Shown here: one piece after another, positions 25,501 through 37,500 of the stretch
Layout: each line of letters starts with the position of its first letter
Position numbering within the stretch: position 1 is the stretch's first letter
From: Podarcis tiliguerta
Lineage: Eukaryota
Reading direction: 5' to 3' (one strand)
Length of the DNA stretch: 64,000 nt
NCBI GenBank assembly: GCA_965153285.1
Contig: OZ229115.1
Translations under genes and position numbers: made by a program
Notes under the pieces: model-generated
Told to the model about the DNA's origin: nothing
What the model saw: the letters and a program-made list of their open reading frames with translations, nothing else
Databases searched by the model: none

Positions 25501-28500
25501 TGTCTGATACGTTCTTTATTCTATCCAATATGTGCTGTCTACCTCTAAAATTTAATGTAACAGCACATGCAACCTTTGCCACCGTGTATAGTATAATTGC
25601 AGTAAAATTGTAACATTCTCATTACTGTAATATCTTTTGTTTTTTACAGGTCAATGCACAAACTGACACAGCTAGAGAGGCTTGACCTAGGCAATAATGA
25701 ATTTTCTGAGTTGGTAAGAAAAACCTGTTTTAAAAAGCATAACAAAACATGTATGTTCAGTAGTGTTCAGTATATCAATGCTATTTTCCTCAATTCCCAC
25801 TATGAGAATCCTGCTGCATGCAGAAACGAGTAACTCTACTATTTTGCTTTCCATACATGTAAAAGCTGCATAGGATCCTGCTTTGCATTGATAATCAAAG
25901 GAATTCATGATGAAATATTTTATGTCCACAGACAAGGGATAATAATGAGGGTATACAAATAGTAAGTCTCTTATTTATGGCACATGATACTCTGGATTGT
26001 GTGACATTATGGGGAAGGGTTGATAGATATGTAGGATCTTGCTTCAGAAACCAGCAGCATCACAGAAGCTATGAGAATAAAAGCCTTAACTCCTAATACC
26101 TGACAGTTCAGAGTTTCTGAAATACTAAATCAGCCATTGCTTCTCTGTGCTGCTTCTTCTCAGTTGATCCATCCTGGTAGATGGATTTAGACCAAACCAC
26201 ACTCAGAAATGTGACTTGTAATATTTAACATAATAATAGCTTGTAAGTACAACCTTAAAGAAAATGATGAAGTAATCAGATTAAAGAACTATAGTTCTAT
26301 TCTGATTTTGTTTGCAAAAGGTAATCACTTGGAAATAATTAAAATATCATTTGGTTTGCATAAATGTTATATTTATAAAATATACTTTTTTGCAGCCTGA
26401 GGTTCTGGAACAAGTTCAAAATCTAAAGGAATTATGGATGGACAGTAATTCACTTCAAACACTGCCTGGGGTATGGATATTGTATACAGTCATGTGTTGT
26501 TTAGTTTCATTTCTTGTTAATATAGGCAAATGCAACACTGAACATGTTTTTGGACAAGGATACTAACATAATGTTGCATAGTAATGTATAAATAATAAAC
26601 TTAAATTGATTTGTTCTGACACTACACAACTCTGCAAAATTTCATCTACGTATGTATTTCTGTTATATTGAAACATATTTGAAAGATGTTATTTCTTTAA
26701 CAGGTGATGGGTTTTCAATTGATCTAAGTAGCATAAGGCCCTCAGAGAGCCTTATTGCTGCTCATAAATGAACAATTTTTAAAAAATATTTCTGTAGCAT
26801 GCCTCATGCATTTCACTACTGAAGGATGTCTAGCTAACAAAGCATCTGCTAATCTGACTCTCATTGCTGCTATTTCTGAACATCTCGATCTGATACAAAT
26901 AACTTAGATACCATATAATAATATTTCTAATCATTCTTCTGTGTGGAACAAGAGAATGCACTCCAGCAGCTTGTGAGACACCATCTCAACAAGAGATGAA
27001 TGCTGCTTATAGACATGCTAGTTGCAGATCACACACATCTAGAGTGGTTCTGGGGATGATAGCCAGATGAGTATATGATAACTTCTGCGTTCATATGGTA
27101 ACACAGGATCATGATGTCTAAAGAGTGAAGTTGTTCTAGGAAATAGTACAGTGAGAATGTGTAAAGCATGCACACACACAGGGGCCCTGCCCATTGAACT
27201 CATGGTTTATTTCTATTTTGCCTCTTTTTTTAATATAGTTTTTCCTATCTTCAGCTGTCAGTGTATTGAGTTTGGCATGAAATAAATCATTATTGTGTGA
27301 ATCCAGCAGCACCTAACCCCAGAAGAAAGGCACTTCTGCTTATGTCAATTCTCCCCTTGAGCTTCAGCCCCCTCCCGAACATATCCAGTGCTGTTCTGGA
27401 GGGGCCCCTTTTTTGTAAGCTGAAGCAGATCTGTTTAACAGGACTAAAATGTTCATGCTAATTTGATGAGATTGTATTATGATAATGATCACTATCATGT
27501 CAGCTGCTGAAAGCTTCCCAAGAAGGAAGTAGGGAAGCTATATCTGTGAATGGAACTCTGATCAGTGTTCTTAGGCTCCAACTCAATGATTTTAAGAGAA
27601 TTTTAATATAAGAATTCTAGTTCAAGCACACAGAGTAAATCATCTTAAGGCAAATTTCTGTGCTGTGACTTGAACAGAGGGTAGTGTTTTCTGTACAGCT
27701 TTTGCCTAGCCTATAGCATGTAGAAGTCCATTTTCAATTTAAATACTACAGTATATGCTACAAAAATGCCTTTGGGTAACAACATTGCTACTTCAGCTCA
27801 ATATAAGAGCACTCTAGTTCAATTGGCAATGTGATTTAGTGCTTGTAGAACATTTTCAAACCATCTAAATGTATTTATACATATCCAAAGTAAGTGTTGG
27901 ATTCTGTTTCACATATTCATATCTGTTTGATGATTAGCAGTGTCAGAGTCGACAGCGCTTACCATCTGTTGTGTAGTGCTCAGGTAATTCCAATCCAACA
28001 ACTGAAATTCATGAAAGGATCACGCGCAGGAATGGTGCAATTTAGTAAAGGATCCGTATGCAACATCCTTATTTTCTGCATTAAGACACTGAAATATTCT
28101 TACATTTAAGAACTATTCAGATGTATCTTTATAAATAGCACTAATGATTTTCACTGATATTTTGAGAGCCGCCTAAAGTCTGTGAAATAGGTGAGACAAG
28201 TATCTGAGTTGCCTTTAAGGGCAGCTCTATGTAGAGCACATTGCAGTAATCCAATCTGGAAGTTATGGGGTTGAGAAATAATGGGGATGAGGGGTCTGTG
28301 TGTATCTTCCATATCCCTGTCTAGATACCCCTTTCGGTTTGTTAGCTCACTGCTCTGAACTCACATTTATTGGTTAAGCAAAGGTAGTAGGGTGAATTGG
28401 AATGTGGGAGGTATGTATAGGCCTTCCAATTCCTTGCAACAATCTGTGCCACAGACTCTGTGGATGCACTTATACCAAAAATTACTCTTTTAGGATCCTA

Positions 28501-31500
28501 TCTTGTGTGAGTCATTGGGAAGAATCAAACCTCACCATTTAAGTAGTGAGCATTGGTGCAGTATCTTTAGATACAAATTTAGAACAGTGGTTTTTCTAGC
28601 GTACTTGACCAATGAAACATCAGACCAGATCACTTTTGCTTCTATAATCACCATTACCTTTCTGTTAACTTTAATTTCTAAATATTATTGCTGTTAACCA
28701 TTGGTGCTTGCTACAAAATGTAAATCTAACCAACAACCTATTCTTATGTGATGTCATCAAGCCTATAGGAAGGTTAAAGCAGCTGGTGTACTTGGATATG
28801 TCAAAAAATAGGATAGAAAGTATAGATATGGACATATCAGGATGTGAAGCCCTGGAAGATCTACTGTTGTCATCCAACATGCTACAACAACTGCCAGATT
28901 CTATAGGTAAAGAAAGAAATGTTGGCTAAATGTGTGGTATGTGTGAGAGGTTTTTGCTAAGAAAATGGGTTTGTGGTAATAGATGCTGGTTTGGATTCAA
29001 GGGTCCGTTTCTTCTGAATCAAGATTAGGATTTATCTGCCTCCCCTATCATTCATTATCCTGTAATTATTATTAGCAACTTTATCTCTAAAATAACACAC
29101 TTTTTTATGTTAAGAGTTAAGAATTATATGAAGAATACAGGTATAACGTTTTGAAGTTTTACTTCATAATACAGAAAAGCGTTCCTGGTCACATTCCCTT
29201 GCATCACAGTTTTATGTGTAGAAACTCATATTTGAATATGAGGTGCAATTATTTTTTAATGCTAGAATCTGTCCACAGGTTTATTTTTAACTATAATACA
29301 AGTGTTAGGGAGGTGTGTCTGTAATTTAGCTTCCTGCTATGAAGAAATACTCTGGAATGGCTTTTCTCACATTACCTAAAATTCATGTCCTCAGGCACAA
29401 GTGTGAAACTTCATGTACAAAAATACAAAATAGCAATCCACTGTTAAACTGCGTGACTTGTATCTAGTGCTAGTTCTACTCAGAATAGAACCACTGAAAT
29501 TAACAAACATGGCTGACTTGGGCACATTAATTTCAGTGGTCCATATTCAACTAAAGTAGCCTTAGCTACTGATGCAATAGGTCAACGAAGAGTAGAACTT
29601 GGTTAAATTCAACCCTGTGGTTTTTGCAATTAGAAGATACTGTGTTTGCAAATTTAGGGATCACATGAGAAAATATGTTTGAAACAACTGCGTAGCCACC
29701 TCTGGAAGAGGATTCTTTTGAACTAACCCGGAATCCTTTATTTCAAAAATACTATTCATTATTCCATTTGTTTTGTTACTTCTGCTGAAACTGGCCTCAG
29801 AATAGGCACTATGACCACTAGTATTGAGAGTTGAAAAAGGGGTGTACTTCACAGTAAAAAAAATAGTTATAGAGGGAAAATATGCTGTTTTCAATATCTA
29901 ACACATCTCTGTCTCTCTGTCTCTCTCTTTCTCTTTCAGGGCTCTTGAAAAGGCTTACAACTCTAAAAGTAGATGACAATCAACTCACAATTCTCCCCAA
30001 TGCCATTGGAAAGTAAGTGGTGGAAGTTTATAGATTTGATGTACTTAGCAATAAGGTTGTTTTCAAGACAAATGTGTATTTTCTGTCTAAGGGGGAAATG
30101 GACGCTTAACCCTTCCTGGGTGGGCGCCTGCTGCAGTCTCTCTTGCTTGGCCGCCATATGTCCAGGTGGCCGTTAGGGGAGTTCCCTCTGGCAACCTGGA
30201 CATCTGGCTTGAGTTCCCGCTGGCTGCTGCATCTCAAATGGGCCAATCAGTGGCCTCCCATGGGGGGGGGGTGCCTCGCCAACTGGTAACGCGTTGGCTG
30301 TACATGTGCCCTCACAGCTGGTGAGTCATAAAAGCTGGGGGCACTGAGGAAATAGCTTTTAGCTTATACCAGGATGTTGCCTTGCCTGAGTTTTATCTGA
30401 ACATCTCAGAATGATCTTTCCACATCCTGCACATTCATCATGACCTAGCCTTCTACATTGATAGGACAGCTGTGTTTCAACATGATCCTTTTCTTTCCCA
30501 TGTGTTCTGAGGGCTCTAGAAAGACTCTACCTGCATTGATCCAAGGCCTCTCATGTTGTTTTCTGTAAGCTTTAATTTTGCTATGGACTGGCATAGCTCC
30601 CCAGTACTAATGGGAGTCCACATCTACTTTTACAAGAGCCACAGCCTTTCAAAGAGTATTTCCAGCTTCTTTTGCAGGCATCTTTGTTTGTCAGGCATGA
30701 TGCTATGGATATTTAGGCTTGGGCAGGTACCTCTTTATGATGGGCTGTGTTGAGCTCAGCAATTACTAGTCAGTACTTGCCCCACCTTGGGGTAAATTAG
30801 TTTGCTATTCTACCATGTGTGAAACTGCACAAAGACCCCAAAGAAAAGCAGGTGGTTTTCCTTCAACTTTAGTTCATGTGGTCATATGTTCACTCAAACA
30901 ACCCGCCCCTTTTCACACCTCCTGTCACTCAAGTGTTTCCTTATATAACTGCCATCCGTTAGTATCTGAGAGGGAATGTAGGAACTACACCCCTTGAACA
31001 TGTGCTTTGGGCAGATTTCCTGCCAAAATGTTTATCAGAAGGTTTCAGACTTCGCACAGGTACAGAACTCCATGTATGTGCCTGCACAAATGACTGCTCA
31101 AAGAGCTACAGTTTAAGATAAGCAACCTGTTTTTCTTTAAGTATCATTGATTTCATTTGAAGAACTGAGCACATGCTTAAATCTCTTCTGTTAAGATCGA
31201 TGGGAATTACAAGTGCTTAACTTGAGCTGTGCTGTGTTCATGGTGTTCTTTTCTGTTATACAAAATTTTGAAATGCTTTACAAATACAATGCCTGCTTTT
31301 TGTGGGACATGTGGGGGATAACTTAACAGCCTACTCCTTACAGCTTCATTGCCTTGTGTAGTGAGAAATAAACAGACAAGGGCATAACAGCAGCTACATG
31401 TTCTGGTACATAAACTGTTACTTTCTTGATCTAGTTCCATTGCAGCATAGGGAAGGAATCACTGTAGCACTCTTAAACCTTAACTCTGCTCCTTAATTAT

Positions 31501-34500
31501 AAAGTTGGGTCAGTTTTTTAAAATTGGAAGTGTAAAAATAATATAAAATTCAAAGACTATCAAGATTCTTTTAAATTTCCCTTACTAAGTGGAGTTACAG
31601 AATAATTTTAACAACTAAGTATAAAACAATAAGTGTTTTGTAGAATCATATTTATTTATAAATAATAGCTTTGGTAGCATTTTCCAGATGTTTAGCAAGA
31701 GCTTGATGAGCGGTAATAAAAAACAGATACATAAATTACTACTCTATTGAGATGATAGCTTTGGCAGACAATGTTTTGTTCTATTTTTATCATTTGTTTA
31801 GCTGGTGAGAGTTTTGTGAGAACTCCAGTAAATGTATGTTGCATCATGTAAAGTGTCATATATGAATATTTTTTATATATGATTCAGTTTGGACTGTGCA
31901 GAAATTGTTGCAAGAAGAACCTTGCTTTTCAGTGATGTGCAAGCTAAAACTATGTTAAAGATTTTTGTTGTTGTTTGATTTAAATTTGCAATGGAAATTT
32001 TTCCATAAGGTTTCTCTTTTATGAAATGATTATTTAAATTCACGGAAGGATGGGACAATTTAAATAAAGGGGGTGGAGGGAGCTCTCAATGAGTCACAGG
32101 TGTAAGCTCATGAGTGCCACCATCCACAACTGTCTTCCACACATTTGCAAACCAGTTTTTTTTAGAATTTTTAGGTATTTTCTAAAGCTTTGCTCTGTTA
32201 GCTGTTACTGCAGCAGCATTGGATCCAGCCACAGGAAAGTGGCAACCAGGCTACATAAATCATGTATAATGGGATCTAATAGGCTTTTTTCCTTCTCTCT
32301 CTTTTATTATCTATATTTATTGATACTTGTCAATAAATATACTGCACTTGATCATTAGTAGGACACGCTGTGTTTCCTTCCTTGCAAATGTGCTCATCTT
32401 CAAAGTATCTTAACTAGACCTAAAGCTTCTTAACATTTTGAAATGATGCTTGTATATTTTTGTCTTTATACTGAATATTTCAGATGAGATCCACATAATT
32501 TTAGAATCTTGATGACCATGGCTGGCATGAATATAGCAATTATCATTTACATCTCATAATTTGTCAATTTACAATGACCAATTTGTTTCATTCTCATTTT
32601 GCACTTGAGAGGTTATTATATCATCATAAGTCCTTATAACATTTTTCATATTTGAGAGACATATTCAGCTGTGCAAATAGGATTTTCCTCCCCTTTAGCC
32701 CCGCAGTTCTCAGTGCGGGACGGGCAGGTGAAGCGGGTGAAGGAGGAAGCGAATGCTGTTGCATCCACAGACACGATATTAGATTGCTGCCTTAATGCTT
32801 ACGTAATGAATGGTTTTGTGATAGCACTTTGCTTCAATCCTGAATGCCTTTGCTCTGAGCAGTACATGTTTCTTCATTTACACCTAAGCACATACAAAGT
32901 TGCTTTATACTGAGTTATACCATTGGTCCATCTATCCCAGTATTGTCTACTCTGATTGTTGATGGGTTTCACAGCGGTCTTTCTCAGTCCTGCTACCTGA
33001 GATCCTTGAACTGAAGGTGCCAGGGATTGAATTAGTGTGGATATGTTTGAAACTCAACATTTCCCCTCTTCCATATATTCTGTATTGCCATTCTAGGGAC
33101 TGGTGGCAGCTGAAAGGGAATTGCAATAAATGATAATGTTTCTTGTCTGGCTGTAGCATCACTGAAGGTGCAGCATGATCATTTTGCCAGGTGGTCTACT
33201 AAAGCACAGTCACCTATGTCTACATCTTCTGTCAGCGCAAGCCTAAAGTGGATCTGGGCCAAGTTGTCTGAATGCTGCCTTTAGAAATGATCACTTCCTC
33301 TGGCTTGAATTACAGCTTGGCAGCCGCAAGCATATAATGAAAAGCCTAACAAAGCTTTCAGCTGTTCTCTTTCCAACCCACTTCATGAATCACTGTGCAG
33401 TTCTCAAGAGGATGACACACTTCAGTCCTCCAGGCTAGTGTGGTCTAGTAGCTAGTTGCAGGGGAGATGTGTGGGGAACCAGATGGGCTGTGGGTTGTGG
33501 AGCAGCTGCTTTTAGATTTGTTCGTCTGAGGAATGTCAAAGTAAATAACTGAAGGCCATATTGGGCACTTGCTATTTTACTGTTGCCAATAAATTTATGG
33601 GGGAAAGCTTTGATCTTGGTCATTTGTAAAATATAATACTTCTGTTAATGAGAAGTCAGTGTGTACCCCCTTCCCTCCTGTCCTGCGTAGTTGGTAGCCA
33701 GTATTATACCTGCTACATAACCATAACATTATGGTAGTTCAGGATTTATTGAAACAGTTTCTTTTTAATTCAGTCAAGCTTTCAATAGAGAGTGCCACTT
33801 ATCAGGCTGTTTTAGCAGTTAAATTCACAGAATTGTTGCAGAATTATTTTGTAGGATTATGGAAACTTATTTATTTATTTTGATGTTTATCTTACCCTGC
33901 ATCAAATCAAGTGACCACAAGAGTGGGACATCAATTATTAAAAACAACATCAATAAAAAATTGAGAACAGTATACAATTCATAAATATTATAACTGCTCT
34001 CTCTAAGTATCAGTGGCTGAGTACCTCACATCATTAAAAATCTGAATAAAGAGGTAAGTTTTAACTTGGTGCTGAAATCCAACCAGTGTAGACACCAACC
34101 TGAATTCAAGGTGGAGGGCATTCCACAACTTTCCACAGGTCTCTTCACAAGTCTCAGGTGTATGAACCCCACTTGGTGATGGAATACTGAGTATAGCATC
34201 TCCAGCAGGCAGGATAATATAGGATGAGGTGCTCCTTCAGGTAACTTAACCCTAAAATTTTCAGATCATTATAAGTCAACAATAAACCTTGAAATAAGCA
34301 CAGTAGCATATTGGCAAACTGTACAAACTCTTCAGAACTGGTGTTATATGAACTAAACTGGCTGAACCACTCAATACTCTTGCCATGGTGGTCTTTCCCA
34401 ACTTCTGAACCATTTTCAAGGGCAGAGCCCCACATAGAGTATATTAGAGTAATCTAACTTGGAAGTTACCAGACTGCAAGAGCCTGCTGCCAGGCTATCA

Positions 34501-37500
34501 CCGTCTAAGAATGGCTGTAGCTGGCAAGCAAACTGCAGCTACTAATAGGTGTTCCAAGACATGTGAATCCAAGGGCACCTCCAGATTCCATCAGAAGGAG
34601 CGCAGCTCCCTCCAGAATATGCCATCTATCCAGCTCTTGAACACAAGAATCTCCTGTCAACAGGATCTCTATTGTGTCAGGATTCAGCTTCAGTTTTGGC
34701 TGTCATCCAACCCATTACTGCTTCCAGACATCGGTCCAACAACTGCACAACCTCTCCTGACTCAGATGATATGTAAAGACAGTGATTGGTATCAGTGTAT
34801 TTATGGAATAATACTCCAAGCGCAGTGGGCCTCAACTTATGCTCACTTTACTGATACAATCGCAACCTTAGGTGCATGGCTGATAAATAAGTAGATAAAT
34901 GGTGAGCTGGGAAAACCCACCATGGAAAGCGTTTTTAAGCCCTCCACCTCACTTACCAGGCTTTGGGAGGGAGCTTGAAGGGCCATGAGATGCTTTCAGA
35001 GCCCTCCTGCCTCCTTCCCAGATACCTTGCTTACTGGGCATTGAGAATGAGGTGTAAAAGTTCTGGGAAAGTCCCAAGAGCATGGTAAGTGAGGCGGAGG
35101 GCAAGGCCAACTCTGGACAGGTGGGGTGGGGGGGTGCACCAGGGGTGGGTGGGTTCCTGGCTTTACGCAATGGCAAGAGCTTTTTGATTCATCTGTCTCG
35201 CTTACCTGGCTCTGGGAGCATCCCAAGGCTTGTGCAGTAAGTGAGGCAGAGGGCAAGGCCTGCTCCAGACAAGTTGAGAGTGGTTCCTGGGGATCCTGGC
35301 TTCACACAATTTTGCCTTTGCATGTGGACTTTTAGAACTGAACCCTCATGTAAGTGGCAGGTCCACTGTACCTTGAAGAACTCTTGGAATGGTTGTAACA
35401 TCTATTTAAATAGCGTGGGGGACAGTATGGAATTGTCTTGGTGACATTCTCTGGAAACAGCCCTGTAGGTAGAAGTTGAACCTCTGTTTCACCATGTTTC
35501 TGACTTCCAGCTACAGAACTGATTCAGAAGGAAACAGTGGTCAGTGCTATCAAAAGCCACCAATAAGTCTAGGAGACTTAGCAGGGTTGTATTCCCCTAG
35601 TACAGGTCAGTCAGATCAACCAAGGTTATTTCAGTACTAAAACTGGGCCTGAAGCCAGACTGAAATTGGTCTAGACAATCCCTTGTAAAATATGTATTAC
35701 TTAAGTAATACTGGTAAGTGTTTCTGCCGTTTTATTACAGCACATTTCTTGTCAGTATAAGACTCAGTTGCTAGCATTTCTACTTAAAGGATTCATGGTT
35801 AATATATCTCTTGATGGGGCCTGTTTATGCATGATAAAATTGCATATGTCTATTTTGCTTCATATGCAAATGGGAGGAGACCAATACACACATCTGCCAT
35901 AATTACATGTGGTAGGAACTTTCTGCCAATCATATACACGTGAGAAAATATACATGGGTTTGCCATATACTACTGCATAAATGCTTTTCCTGTGGCTTTA
36001 TTATTAGTTGGTGTTGACAGTAGTGCCCTAGATGGACCATTTCTCTGCTTCAACTAGAAAGCATTTCCAAATATAATTCCATTATGTCCTTCAAATACAT
36101 ATTTTGTACTGCAGCTCAAAAATGTGTAAGATACTTATATTTTTGTCATTTGAAAGTCTTATGTCTATTTGCATAGTTTGCAGATCTGGAATGTTAAGAT
36201 TTAGATATTAAAAAACCCCAATGATTGATGGCTTTGTGACATAGACTAACAAATGTACTTAACGTTTCAGTTTATCTTTATTAGAGGAATTCGACTGCAG
36301 CTGTAATGAACTAGAGTCTCTACCTCCCACCATTGGCTACTTGCACAGTCTGCGGACACTAGCTGTAGATGAAAATTTCCTGCCTGAACTGCCTAGAGAA
36401 GTAAGGATATATTATGAAATATGATTACTTGAAAATTTCCCTGTCTTTATCCAGAATAAATTTACACTGAAGGCACTATTACCAAATCAGAGTTTGGTCT
36501 CAATACAAAAGGGCAATATTTACATAAAAATGATGAATTTCAAACATTTTTAATTTCTAAAGTTTTGTATCAGCTTGTAAATGTTACATCATACTTTGAA
36601 AATAGGGCAATTTGGAAGTTAACAATCCAGTACAACCATAAGGTAACAATTTATTTCTTCAGGGAGCAGTACCCACAAGGAGGAGTCAATATGCTGGCCA
36701 CTCCTTTGCCGCAATGCTTTCTGTACACATTTCTACTCTTTCTTACTGAGGATGCTTCCAACACATTCAGGAGCTTCAGGCTGATGTCATTCTTGGTGCA
36801 CCATCTTCATTCTCAGAACTGTTGTATGAAGACATGACAAACCAAGTAGACTGGGACCCTATGGTTACAATTTTTCATCTTCATGCGACTCTTTCCTAAC
36901 TGAGAGCTTGGAAATGGAACAGCAGTGGTTTTATCAGTTTGGTGCAGCTGAGGTTGTTAGACATAATGCCCAAAATTGATTAACTTGTCTGCAAGATGGT
37001 ATCTAGTAACTAGTTCTACTAGAGTACACAGTTGATTTCCTTACACAGTGTAATGGTGTGGGAACAGACCTTCTAAAGGCAAGCCTTTCAGTGTTTCAGT
37101 TTATTCAAACTGGGGTTAAAAAACTCCCAGACATTTTTGGAAATTGCCTTGTCTTCAAGGGTGTTTGGTTTCTAAAGTGTTGATTCACTTAACGCTATAG
37201 TGGGTCAAAGTTTTCCAACTTGGAATCATATGCAGTTCTCATTGGTCAATATGTTGAGCATATGCTTTTTCCACTCAAGAGTTTGAGATTATCAGTATTG
37301 GGATTCATTCCGATATAAAGGGTTGAGGACATTCTAAAAGAATAAAAGGCATATCCACTCCCAATTGGTGGCAACTTGTTACCCTTAGGTTAGGATTCAA
37401 ATGATTCTTGCATGTTTATGAGTCTGTTCCTCTTTGGCTTTCTGATTATTGATTGAATATTGTTTTTGTATTTATTTGTTTTGATTTTGCATTGGTTTAA

